NCBI GenBank assembly: GCA_900128395.1
Contig: LT649328.1
Location: 1-37,299 of the forward strand
DNA from: Stramenopiles sp. TOSAG23-2
Taxonomy: Eukaryota
Direction: 5' to 3'
Length of the DNA stretch: 37,299 bases
This document shows positions 8,280 to 19,513 of the stretch, in pieces (position 1 is the stretch's first letter; each line of letters opens with the position of its first letter). Under the pieces are notes generated by a model, which was not told the origin of the DNA, did no database searches, and saw only the letters and a program-made list of their open reading frames with translations. The position numbers and the translations under genes were made by a program.

Positions 8280-10862
8280 ATGGCATTTCTTGGATTTCAC
8301 CAATCATCATCCTTATTAAACAACAACAATAACCACAATCAAATTGTTTTTAAAGATAAAAATGATAATGGTAGTATTGGTACTAGTAGAAACTTAGTAT
8401 ATAATCCTAATCAAAGTTATATTAATAATAACAATGGCAACATAATAAATATGCTGAATTTGAACGGTGCTTTGGGATTTCATAGTTACAATCGCCAAAC
8501 AACTTTACTTAGCAATCTTACATCCTCTATCCCCAGCAGCTTTGTACCTACCAATAGCAACAACAACATCTACTACAACGTTAATAATAATCATAATAAT
8601 CACAGTAATAATCATCATCAAACGACACAAAATAATAATAATAATCAGCCTGCTCGTAAAGGTGGTAAAGTAATTCTATACGATTCCAAAAACAAGGTGT
8701 GGATAGACACTGATACTGGTAAACCCGAAATTAGGAAGAAAAAAACGCGTAGACCAATAATAAAAAAAGCGCGTAGACCAATAATAAAAAAAGAGACTCG
8801 AAATGATCACAACACTCTTAGTGAGCGTAGAAGAAATCTTTCTATGGAAAATCCATATCGTAAACAGTGGATTGCATATTACAAAGAGTTGGATAAGGAA
8901 CTCGAATTCCAAGCGGCTGGGAGGAAAGTACGATTGCGTAGTTTACCAGCAGGTCAAACGGAAGGCATGCCGTTGGTAAGGAGAAAACCATCGCGAGAAG
9001 TCGTTGAGCGTAAAAAAGAAATCAATCTATTAAATACTATTGTTGATAATCGTGAGCAATCACAACGTACGTTGGGACAACAATTTCATGCAATGAATCG
9101 AACATTACGTATTGTCAGAATAACTTTTACAGGGGAAGATCCATTAATGAATGATTTCGTCTGGTTAGGTTTAATATTGGATTTCATATGTACTGGATTT
9201 TGTAACAAAGACGCAATTAATCATGTCAGACGCAAGAGTGGGTGCCAATTTGATATGATTCCATTAGCACTTCGACCATTTGTAAATGATTGGGTTATCT
9301 ATAAACGAGTTTTAAACCAATTGCCACTGATTCATTGCGTCAAATTATGTTTGTTTCGTTGGGTATGTCAATTATCTTCCAACGCATTAAAATTGATCCC
9401 TTTTAATGCGGAGGAGGACAAAGAATTCGAGAGCAATGAGATGGAAAATGACAGGAAGCGGATGGACTTTATGAAACGATGTCGAGAATACAAAATATTA
9501 TCTTATGAAACTTTGGAGCAGATACGAGAACTTGTTGCAAGTTTTGTTCAAATAACATTGGAAGACAAAGCTCATTTTGTTGATAATCGTCAGAAATATT
9601 TAGGACCGGAAGCATCGAAACAGGAGCGAACTAAGATATATCGTGGATCTACTACCAAATTAAAATGCCGCTTGACCAAGCACGGCCAAACGTTATTAAG
9701 CAATGCATGTGGTACGTTCCAACCAGTTGTTCCGGAACAATTGAAATACCCTACAGAAAATTCATTACTCAACAAGCACTTGTATGCACCAAATGAATTT
9801 TTATGCGAAGTGTATAATGAAAGGGTTTTGCCTGCCTACCCAATGTATGACCACAACAGTCGAAGATACGTCGCTGCGAACAATGGTGATACTTTGGCAG
9901 ATTATTATTGGGAAGATGAACCTTTCGATGATGGTACATCTTCAATTAGCGCCCATCGCAAGACAACATATATGCATGTTATCAGGCGAAACTTGTTTCA
10001 ACATCTTGCTGCTAATCCTGAAAGCTGTGCAATATATGCCTTACGTCAATATTATGGAAATGGGAAACATTTTTATTTGAAATTAAATGATATAAAAGAT
10101 TTTATTTTGAATACAGTATTGAAACGTGTACGTATCAACCCGGAAGGACAATCGGCGGCGCAGATGCCTTTTGTTAGTGAAACCGCTTTGAAGCAACCGT
10201 ATCATGATCGTCTCGCCAAGAGCAGATTTAACTTTACTGTTGCACAGGACAAAAAATCAGTACAGAAGAATCAATATGTCAAATGGATGAATGAACGGAG
10301 CACGGCCTGGCCAAAAGCGTCTTTGTTATTTCATGGAACAGGAATTGCAAAAGATATGGATATGAGCAAAATACGAAAAACGCCAGCAACGTATGGCTAT
10401 GGTACTAAATCTAATCCTAAAGGTGTAAAACGGAAATGGCCAATTAAAGATGGGGAGGCTCACAATAACGTTGCCGTGTATGTACCATGGAGTAAGAAAA
10501 AACCAAGGAAAGGACCAGACAGACGTAAAGAAAAGGTTGTGATGAGCGAAGAGAATCTGGTTGAGGGTACTTATCCAGTAAATCGTAGCAAAGGACAACC
10601 AAGTTATCCAAGAAATCGTAGAAGATATCGGAGAATAAAGATGGAGAATAAAGCTTCAATCAATAGTCAAATTGAAAAAAAAACTGCAATGAATATTAAT
10701 CCGAGTAACTATTCTTCGACTATTCACAATGATGCAACTACTAATGCGGAATTATTGTTATCATTATTTTCTAGCCGTAACAATAATGATACAATAAAAA
10801 TGGAAAGAAGGGAAAGATTCAGAGAACAGTTGCAAATGGCGACTGGCGGAGTGGAACTTTAG
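8280..10862 (+). CDS. Hypothetical 860-aa basic protein, probably nuclear
   Basis: Long uninterrupted ORF with an Asn/His-rich N-terminus, several K/R clusters, a duplicated RRPIIKK and an NPYRKQWIAYY motif. No family recognised. Confidence 0.85.
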   Translation: MAFLGFHQSSSLLNNNNNHNQIVFKDKNDNGSIGTSRNLVYNPNQSYINNNNGNIINMLNLNGALGFHSYNRQTTLLSNLTSSIPSSFVPTNSNNNIYYNVNNNHNNHSNNHHQTTQNNNNNQPARKGGKVILYDSKNKVWIDTDTGKPEIRKKKTRRPIIKKARRPIIKKETRNDHNTLSERRRNLSMENPYRKQWIAYYKELDKELEFQAAGRKVRLRSLPAGQTEGMPLVRRKPSREVVERKKEINLLNTIVDNREQSQRTLGQQFHAMNRTLRIVRITFTGEDPLMNDFVWLGLILDFICTGFCNKDAINHVRRKSGCQFDMIPLALRPFVNDWVIYKRVLNQLPLIHCVKLCLFRWVCQLSSNALKLIPFNAEEDKEFESNEMENDRKRMDFMKRCREYKILSYETLEQIRELVASFVQITLEDKAHFVDNRQKYLGPEASKQERTKIYRGSTTKLKCRLTKHGQTLLSNACGTFQPVVPEQLKYPTENSLLNKHLYAPNEFLCEVYNERVLPAYPMYDHNSRRYVAANNGDTLADYYWEDEPFDDGTSSISAHRKTTYMHVIRRNLFQHLAANPESCAIYALRQYYGNGKHFYLKLNDIKDFILNTVLKRVRINPEGQSAAQMPFVSETALKQPYHDRLAKSRFNFTVAQDKKSVQKNQYVKWMNERSTAWPKASLLFHGTGIAKDMDMSKIRKTPATYGYGTKSNPKGVKRKWPIKDGEAHNNVAVYVPWSKKKPRKGPDRRKEKVVMSEENLVEGTYPVNRSKGQPSYPRNRRRYRRIKMENKASINSQIEKKTAMNINPSNYSSTIHNDATTNAELLLSLFSSRNNNDTIKMERRERFREQLQMATGGVEL

Positions 10863-11688
10863 TCATATATGTATGTATATATATATATATTAATATATAT
10901 ATATATTAGATATACATATATAATATGTGTACACAAAGGGATTTTTTTGAAACCACAATGTTAAAAATGTTATATATATTATGTTCTATTATATGGTACA
11001 AAGTATGACGTTCGAACGTTAGTACTTTTCGTACAAAATAATAAAATATTGAATCCCACCATGTACAATTTTGATAAAATGAAAATATTTTTTGTGTGAA
11101 AGAACAATATTATATCGTAGCTTTTTTTTATAATAGCTTTTTTTTATTTATAATGAAAGCTACAAACTCATATTGTTTTACAGCACAACATGTATATTTT
11201 TTTGAAAAACATGTCGTAATAATATTAAAAAAAAAAAATGACATAGGTACGACGAAGTTCGTATGATATATCTCAGAGTATATTTTTGCTGAGAGAGAGA
11301 GGAGAGAGAGAGATTTAAAATTAGTACGCGCGTTCGTACAGTATACGGTTAAAATCTAAGTTTGTAATATTTTTACACTTCTCTCGTGTTAAGTAATAAT
11401 GCTCAATACTCAATCGCAAGAATAATATGTTATCCTACTATAGTAAAGCTCTAATGCACCTCTGCAAACTAATTCGTATATATATATTTATAAAAAAATC
11501 GTGAATGTTTTATTATATTCACATCTATGTACGAACACAACTCCACAAAGACACCAACCAAACATTTTCTCTCTCCGTTTCTAAATGGTAAATATTCTTA
11601 CAACATACTTCGTAAAATACAACAAAAAGGTTTTTTGTATCTCTTTTGAAGTATTAATAATAGTATCTTCTCTTTTCATACAACTTTC

Positions 11689-12942
11689 TTACATTCTACT
11701 CGATGGATACAATTCTTTATTATCCATTGCTGCCATGTACATTGCTGTTATTGCTTCTCTTGTTGCAGGTCTTGCATTGGTCATACCACTTAAATCAGTC
11801 AATGCTTGATTAACTAAAACAGGAATATCCTTTTCAGAGCCACCCATTTCACGAATGCTTTTTGCAGTTCCAACTGTAATAGATAATTCAGCAATTGCTT
11901 TAATTGCTTTTCTAGCATTTGCTTCGTCTGATAAATTGCTATCATAAACATTGAATGCTTTTGCAACTTCTGCATATTTATCAGCACGTACTGGCATATT
12001 GAATTCCATTACATGTGGTAGCATAGTTGCCAAGGTTTGTCCATGCGCTTGGTTTAATACTGCAGATAATGGATGGCCAACACCATGTACGAGTCCAAGC
12101 GAGGAGATGTTAAATGCAACACCTGCCATGTGGGATGCTAATTGCAATTTTTGACGTAAATCAACATTTGATAAATCATTCATCAATGCTGGCAAATATT
12201 GTGCAACTAATTTGATGGATCCATATGCGATTGCATCGCCATATTCGTTTTGGCCAGCAGAAGTAAATGCTTCTAATGCATGAGTTAAAACATCCATGCC
12301 ACACGTAGCTGTTGAATATCTTGGTACACCGACTGTCAATTTAGGATCCATGATAATTAAACTTGCTTTTGATGCATCGTTTGCATAAATTAATTTACGA
12401 TGTTTGTCCCCGGTAGTATCTGTAATGACAGCTGCACCGTTTGTTTCACTTGCAGTTCCAGATGTAGTTGGAATGGCAATAATCTTTGGGATTCCAGCAA
12501 GATTGCCGATTCTTTCTTTGGGTCTCATGGTTCCAAAATCAATAGAATCCTGGTCTTTTGCTAAAGCTGGTATGATAGTAGCGTCTAATATACTATCATA
12601 ATTTTGTGCAGATAATGCTGCAATTGATTTTCCAGCATCCATGGATGAACCACCACCTAATGTTACCACTACAGTTGTACCAGTTTTCATCAATTCTTTT
12701 AATAATTTTGCACCTGCATCTACAACATCGACTGTTGGATTTGCAACGACATTATCGTATACTACACAGTTAATATTGGATTCTTTTATTTTATCGCTAA
12801 TTTGTGCAGTAAGACCAACTTTTGTCAATCCTTTATCAGTGATAACAAAAGCATTTTTGGCACCAAAGCCTTGTAAGCTCCTTCCTAATTGGTTGATGAC
12901 ATCAACACCATGTAATAAATTCGGTACGGATTTTACGTTCAT
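11689..12942 (-). CDS. Iron-containing (type III) alcohol dehydrogenase family protein with C-terminal SRM
   Basis: Motifs GGGSSMDAGK, PTTSGTASE, MDVLTHALE, HGVGH and HG (metal ligands D/H/H/H). Confidence 0.93.
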   Translation of the reverse strand: MNVKSVPNLLHGVDVINQLGRSLQGFGAKNAFVITDKGLTKVGLTAQISDKIKESNINCVVYDNVVANPTVDVVDAGAKLLKELMKTGTTVVVTLGGGSSMDAGKSIAALSAQNYDSILDATIIPALAKDQDSIDFGTMRPKERIGNLAGIPKIIAIPTTSGTASETNGAAVITDTTGDKHRKLIYANDASKASLIIMDPKLTVGVPRYSTATCGMDVLTHALEAFTSAGQNEYGDAIAYGSIKLVAQYLPALMNDLSNVDLRQKLQLASHMAGVAFNISSLGLVHGVGHPLSAVLNQAHGQTLATMLPHVMEFNMPVRADKYAEVAKAFNVYDSNLSDEANARKAIKAIAELSITVGTAKSIREMGGSEKDIPVLVNQALTDLSGMTNARPATREAITAMYMAAMDNKELYPSSRM

Positions 12943-13250
12943 TTTTGCTGCTTGCTGTGTATGTTTTGTTATTACTTTTGTTTGCTAATTATATTTCTGG
13001 TTGTTTCCTTTTAATTCTTACTTTTTCTTTTTCTATATTGTCTACATATCCAACAGTATATTTCGTTTACGTTGGACAGAACCAATATCTAATCAATAAT
13101 ACAATAATTTAAATTATAAATAATTATGAAGAGAAGAAAGATATAAAGAGAGGTGTGTATTTGCGCAAATTATAATTACAGCAGTCGATCAGATGTATTA
13201 AATCTGCAATCTGGCAATCACACCCCCCTCCGATAAACGCCTCCTTTCCT

Positions 13251-13569
13251 CCATAATTTTATATTTAAGTACAATATTAGTATACCATAAGTTAACTACT
13301 TGATAGGAAATCGACAAAAAATAGAAAAAATGTAACCATAATTTTCTATTTAAGTACAATATTAGTATACTATAAGTTAACTACTTGATAGTAAATCGAC
13401 AAAAAATGTAAAAAATGTAATAAATTTTGTACTATTTTGGTACGAAATTTTATGCTATCAAATTTGTAACATTTTTTTCATTTTTTGATTTTTTGTCGAT
13501 TGTTTTGATGATTTCCAATCAAATTGTTACATTATAGTATACTAATAGTGTACTTAAATGTAAAAATAT
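13251..13569. mobile_element. MITE-like inverted-repeat element with a tandemly duplicated left end
   Basis: Two 85-bp direct repeats (13251-13335, 13336-13420). 13348-13375 is inverted at 13532-13559 (27 of 28). AATCGACAAAAAA is inverted at 13489-13501. Confidence 0.7.
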
Positions 13570-13991
13570 CGGTAGCATCCAAATAGCAGGTATAATAGAT
13601 ATGTAGCACACTACATCAAGAGCACTTCGAGATGTCGATATTAATATTTTAGATATAACATTATATAGTGCTAGTATTTGCATGTATAAATATATGGTAA
13701 TAATTGCCTTATCCTTTTTATATTTTCAGTCCCACTTACACTCATCAAAAAAGATACTTTTAAATAAAAATACAAAATTATTAATTATTGTGGGTATGTG
13801 GAAGGGAGGAGTTCTGGGATATAGATTACAAACCGTATAATTATGTATTAATATCTATTTATGTACCATTTAAATTGCTTCTTTTTTAAATAATAGACAT
13901 TACATATCGACGAAGTTACCGTGCCATTCTCTATTTCCCGTATATATATATATTAGTTTTAAAACCATTGTTCTCGTCCCCAACAACCATC

Positions 13992-14885
13992 ATGAGATAT
14001 TACAGCGTTGAAGATGGTGTGAAAACTGCGAAAAAAACATCAGCAGTATGTTTAGTTTTAACTGAAAATGTTTGTAATCCATTTTGTGAAACTATTAAAT
14101 CTATCTTTCGATATAAAAATATACCATTTATTGGTATTAATCAAAATGATGTGAAAGATGGTGCATACACTGGAAATGTGACTGCCCCACAAGCTATATG
14201 GGAAAATGTTGCTCCACGTATAACAAACCTTGAAATATTAATTGAAGCAGAAAATCGACATCCTAATCCTCGTTTATTACCAAATGATGGTATGGATCGA
14301 GCACTTTGTTTAGGATTGTGTCAAGAAATTGGTGGACCATATGGATTTTGTTACCATGTTCGTTCTTTCCGCATGTTAGAAACGTGGGGATTACCATATA
14401 AAACAAGCGGTGATGCTAGTAATGTTGGTAGTATGGGATATAAATACGGGGCAACAGATGAAGTATATGACAATGCTCCACAACGGATGGTTAATATTTT
14501 AAATGTTTTATCAAAACAATTGCATAAACAATTAAAAGAAAATGATAGTCATTATTATATTGGTAATCAAGTGACTGCAGTCGATATTTATTCAGCATGG
14601 GCAATGGCAATGGTTTCGCCAGAATTTTATGATTGTGAAGGTACAATAGCACCAATACCATTCTTTCAAAAATATACATGGTCAGCAGAAAATTATGTTG
14701 GAACAAAATGGGAACAAACATTTAATGCAGTTGATCCAATATTATTACAACATCGTGATATGATGTTTAAAAATCATTTACAAAAATTTGATTTTATTGA
14801 TGAAACTATACCAGAAAGTAACAGTTCTAAATTTTTTGGTGCAATGTTGAAAAAGAAACAGGAAGAACGACAAGCAAAAATGTAA
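13992..14885 (+). CDS. Glutathione S-transferase-like protein with C-terminal AKM
   Basis: First ATG at 13992. Thioredoxin-like N-terminus (NPFCETIKSIFRYKNIPF), linker PRLLP-x-DxxDRA, and GST C-terminal N-cap motif YYIGNQVTAVDIY. Confidence 0.8.
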   Translation: MRYYSVEDGVKTAKKTSAVCLVLTENVCNPFCETIKSIFRYKNIPFIGINQNDVKDGAYTGNVTAPQAIWENVAPRITNLEILIEAENRHPNPRLLPNDGMDRALCLGLCQEIGGPYGFCYHVRSFRMLETWGLPYKTSGDASNVGSMGYKYGATDEVYDNAPQRMVNILNVLSKQLHKQLKENDSHYYIGNQVTAVDIYSAWAMAMVSPEFYDCEGTIAPIPFFQKYTWSAENYVGTKWEQTFNAVDPILLQHRDMMFKNHLQKFDFIDETIPESNSSKFFGAMLKKKQEERQAKM

Positions 14886-15162
14886 AGAAAAGAGGATTGT
14901 TTATTTTGGTGTGTAAAATGTATGTGTGTAAAAATCTTTATAAAAATGAATTTTCAAATAATATACTCGTAAATATCAAAAAAATATATTATTTTACAAA
15001 AGCTCTTCATCAAACACACACATTCAAATAGTATTCCGACGAGTTCGTAATTATATATGCATATTACGAAGTATTAAATATATATATTCTCGTACGTAAA
15101 ATTATATTTAATACGAGCGTACGTATTTCACACATCTCATAAACATCTCATCATCATACCAA

Positions 15163-16671
15163 TCATACCACCTTTACCACCATCATGCTATTCCGTAATT
15201 TACGTTTTCGTACAATTTGTGCATGACTATTCATTTTCTTTATAACATTATTATTCTTATCATCTTCACCATTACTACTATCCAATATTTGATGTTTCCC
15301 ACCCTTACCTCCTTCTCCCCCACTTGCCATCATCAACAACAACACTTGCTGTTTATAACTATTTCGAACTATTTGATAAATAAATAAAACAGATAAAAGT
15401 ACAATGATTAAATATGATGTTTGTAAAATATTTGCTAATAATCGAAATGTTTTCAAATTAAAATGTTCAATTGATAATGTGCTAAATAAAACAACTATTA
15501 ATAGACGTAAGATGGTGAAAATAGCTACTATAAATTCAAGTTTTGATACATTTAAATGGATAACATCATTCATAGATATTCGACATACACGTATTAAAAC
15601 TTGTGTTTGTAAAATGAATAAGAAATATTCAATCATTTGAAATATATTTGCAACTATAGCAAGACTACAATCCATATATTCTGATATACTAAATAAAAGC
15701 ATCGCTTCGTTTGTTGTAATTACTGTATCTGGATAATATTTATCTACCTGATCAAAGCAATTTTTCCATTGACCTTCTTCATTTGGTAATCGTATCCATC
15801 CACCAGGATCTAATACCTCTGTTGCATTTGGAATATATTTACACATATCTCCTGCAAGTTCAGCAGTAAATGCATAACTAAATTTTATTTGTTCCAATGC
15901 TAAAATGAACAAAACAGGTATACCAGATATTAAATTTGTTGTCAATCGTGATGATAAACCATGTACATCCGTTTTATATAAATAAATTAATGTTTTTGTC
16001 ATAACACAATATAAATTATACATATACAACATAATAATAATACTAACAATAAATGGAATTACAATTGAAAATATAATATTATCATCTAAATCATCAGCTG
16101 CATTGTTTTTTGCACTTGTATAAAGATCAATCCATGTTAACCATGCACATATAAATGGAAACAAAACAGCTTGTAATAATTCATAATCTATTATTATCGT
16201 CTTATTGTTTTTACAACATCTAGTAGAACCTCGATTGTTGTTTTCTATGTTATTATTATTATCATCATCATCATTGTCATCTAATTTTTTTTTAGTAGTA
16301 GTAGTAGTAATAATTTTTTCAAGTTGATATGATTTTTTAGAATTATGTTTAAAATTAAATGAATGGGACGGGATATTATTTGCCCATAAAATCAAACTAC
16401 CATATAATTGTAGACCTAATAATGCATTTCCTAATGATATACCTGTATATCTATATACTAATAACCATATTGTATTTAATACGATTTGTCCTCCTTTAAT
16501 AACTCGTGAAAATTTCAATTTTTTCATCGCTAATGCTTTAAATATATTTCCTTTCTTAACATGATGTCTTTTCGTCGCATCACCACCATGTATTTTTTTC
16601 TTCTTCCAATATCGTTGAATTTTTATTAATTTTCTTACATCCTTTGAATCTTTAATTAATTTTGAAGTTTG

Positions 16672-16704
<33 letters not shown>

Positions 16705-16708
16705 GTTA

Positions 16709-16752
<44 letters not shown>

Positions 16753-16860
16753 GTTGTTGTTGTTGGAAATATTTTTCTGTTTTTTTTTCGATAGAAATAA
16801 TGGATTTATTTGTACATGTTGTTGTTGTGCATGCTGCTGTATATTATTATTATTTGACAT
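15163..16860 (-). CDS. Hypothetical multi-pass membrane protein with N-terminal poly-Asn and an IQ-like motif
   Basis: 565-aa ORF with roughly 8-9 hydrophobic segments and LIKIQRYWKKK. Confidence 0.8.
16673..16764. repeat. (AAT/AAC)n coding microsatellite, about 30 Asn
   Basis: Continuous TTA/TTG triplets on the + strand. Confidence 0.95.
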
Positions 16861-17215
16861 GATTTATATATAATAACAATAATACTAATAATATAAATTA
16901 TTTACTTGTAATATAATAAATATATATTAAATAATTATAAAAAAATGTTGTTATTTTGTTTCACTTTTTCTATGTTGTAACTATGGTTTTAGTTTTTATG
17001 AGGAATAAAATGTTGTACGGGTATATAGTATATAATATCGTCACAATCACCACCTACCTATTCGACATATTAATATATTCACTCACAATATATATATATA
17101 TATTTAACCTTCTCGTCGGGGCATTTTTAAATTCTGTAACTTGTGCACTTCAAGAAGAAGAATATATTTATAAGTAGCTACCAAGTATGCCTGTGGTATT
17201 TGCATATTAAAGACA

Positions 17216-17482
17216 CCTCAAAATAGTGGGGTTCTTATAAGTATAGATTTAGTATACTAGCTCTGTATGTATTTGATATTTGATATGTAGATCTCGTGGA
17301 TCGTAATCGCGTGATGGAGTTAATCAATCCATAAAATCCAAAAATGACCAATCCCAGCAATGTAAATTTGGATGAAAATATCTAGAATATCCGATTTTTT
17401 AATATTATTATCCTATATAAATCTATATTTATGGTATACTAAATCTATACTTATTGGGAGCGTGTAGGAATTCGTTTTGGGG
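17216..17482. mobile_element. MITE-like element with a perfect 21-bp inverted repeat
   Basis: ATAAGTATAGATTTAGTATAC at 17237-17257 is inverted at 17434-17454. Possible outer termini CCTCAAAA / TTTTGGGG. A second copy of the end lies at 24786-24910. Confidence 0.65.
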
Positions 17483-17693
17483 CTTTTTTAGCCAAAAAAG
17501 CTCGTGCCAAAAAAAAACATAGAATTTAAAACTATTAAAAATACAAAATGTTTAATGAAGATGGAAGTACTCAATATATTATCAAATCAATTAAAACAAC
17601 AAGATATTCAAGAGTTATAGGTTTTATTTATATTTTTTTCTTATTCAAAAATCACGTATATATATATATACAGAAGATAGTGGTTTCTACAAC

Positions 17694-19106
17694 ATGATAC
17701 GGATTACAAAAATATTACAACGTATTATACCACCACATCAACAACAAGGAGTTTTGAAGAAAAAAAAATTACCTGCATCAACCACCACAAAATTCCTTTG
17801 CCGACAATATTATAATATTAATCATGGAAAAATAGTAGGAAAACATAATATCAAGAGTAATACTCAACGTGGACATAAATATGTTAAAAAATTACAAATA
17901 AATAGTTTAAGAAATTACAGGAACAAACGATATAAATCAACTCATTCGATACCAATTAATAATATAAGTGCATCAACAGCAAATGCTGTTATTCCACGCG
18001 ATCCTTTATTAGCAACTTGGATATTTGGTACTGGTGCTATGGTATTTGGTATGGTAACACTTGGTGGAGCGACACGTTTAACACGTTCTGGATTATCAAT
18101 GGTTGATTGGAGACCAGAAGGTAGGAAACTACCGAGTACGGATGAAGAGTGGGCTATTGAATTTGAGAAATATAAAGCATTTCCTGAATATCAAAAATTA
18201 AATAAAGGTATGTCTATCACAGAATTTAAAGAAATATATTTCATGGAATGGGCACATAGGATGTGGGGAAGAGCAATTGGATTAGTATTTGCAGGGCCAA
18301 TGATTGCATTTGCATTAGCACGTAGAATTCCGAGAGCATTATATGGTCGTACTGCATTGTTATTAACGATGGGTGGTACACAAGGTTTAGTTGGATGGTG
18401 GATGGTAAAATCAGGATTGACACATGAACATGTATTTGGTATTGAACGATCGGAATATGATATGCCTCGTGTTAGTCCATATCGTTTAGCAACACATTTA
18501 TCAATGGCATTTGCTACGTATGGTGTATTGATGTGGACAGGATTTGATTTATTTCGAAGAATGGAAGGGAATTTTTCTGTTACCGGTATTAAACCGTTCA
18601 AAGAATTATCATCAACTGCACAGCAAGCATTGCGTAAATTTAAAGTAAAAAGTAAAATTGGCACTGGTATTTTAGGTTTAACTGTTTTATCTGGTGCATT
18701 TGTTGCTGGAAATGATGCTGGGCATGCATATAATGATTGGCCATATTATGCAGGTGAAATTATTCCTGAACAAATATGGATGGATCGATTAGGTATTAGA
18801 AATTTCTTTGAGAATAGTGCATTAGTACAATTCGATCATCGTATGTTAGCATATACAACATTGGCAACGGTTGCTGGTCTTGCTGGAAGTGCACGTTTAA
18901 ATATAGGAACATGGAAAATTTTACAACCAGCAACAAAACGTGCTTTATATGCAATGTATGGTGTTACTGTCGCACAAGTTACATTAGGTATTGCAACGTT
19001 AATGATGTATGTACCGGTTGAATTAGGTGTTGCACATCAAGGTGGTGCTTTAACATTATGGACGTGTGGATTATGGCTAGTACATACATTGAAATATGTT
19101 CGATGA
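17694..19106 (+). CDS. COX15: Heme A synthase (cytochrome c oxidase assembly protein 15)
   Basis: Motifs GGATRLTRSGLSMVDW, EFEKYKAFPEY, EWAHRMWGR, QGLVGWWMVKSGL, VSPYRLATHL, SGAFVAGNDAG, QFDHR, HQGG. Confidence 0.97.
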   Translation: MIRITKILQRIIPPHQQQGVLKKKKLPASTTTKFLCRQYYNINHGKIVGKHNIKSNTQRGHKYVKKLQINSLRNYRNKRYKSTHSIPINNISASTANAVIPRDPLLATWIFGTGAMVFGMVTLGGATRLTRSGLSMVDWRPEGRKLPSTDEEWAIEFEKYKAFPEYQKLNKGMSITEFKEIYFMEWAHRMWGRAIGLVFAGPMIAFALARRIPRALYGRTALLLTMGGTQGLVGWWMVKSGLTHEHVFGIERSEYDMPRVSPYRLATHLSMAFATYGVLMWTGFDLFRRMEGNFSVTGIKPFKELSSTAQQALRKFKVKSKIGTGILGLTVLSGAFVAGNDAGHAYNDWPYYAGEIIPEQIWMDRLGIRNFFENSALVQFDHRMLAYTTLATVAGLAGSARLNIGTWKILQPATKRALYAMYGVTVAQVTLGIATLMMYVPVELGVAHQGGALTLWTCGLWLVHTLKYVR

Positions 19107-19513
19107 GGGGTATTAGTTCTTTTTCTTTCTTTTTCACGTAGTTGGAAGGTATGATAATATAGTCGTCTGTCTGCGAGATGGGATATATATTTGTGGTTAA
19201 ATAAGAGGTTGCCAGGTGGATTAGGATTTTCACTTTACCTAAGTACCTAGTTTGGTGAGTGAAATATGTGTGTGTTTTTTAAAAAGTGCTTTAAATTTTG
19301 TCGAGTATTTTTACACCCATAATCGTAAAAAGATGTTTTTTATTTTTAATATTTTGGTACGTATGTGCGTTACATAAAAATATATCAAGAGGATATTAAG
19401 TACACTCTATATAATTTAAATTACGCTTGAATATACGACGTATAAATATATTTTTTTTAAAATTTACTCTATTAATAACTCCAGATATATAATAATTCCT
19501 TACGAAATATCTT

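Noticed and set aside
13221..13230. C6/G6 runs as a promoter motif (also 4288, 20643, 28352)
   Set aside because: Similar runs also occur between convergent genes (5833, 29702).
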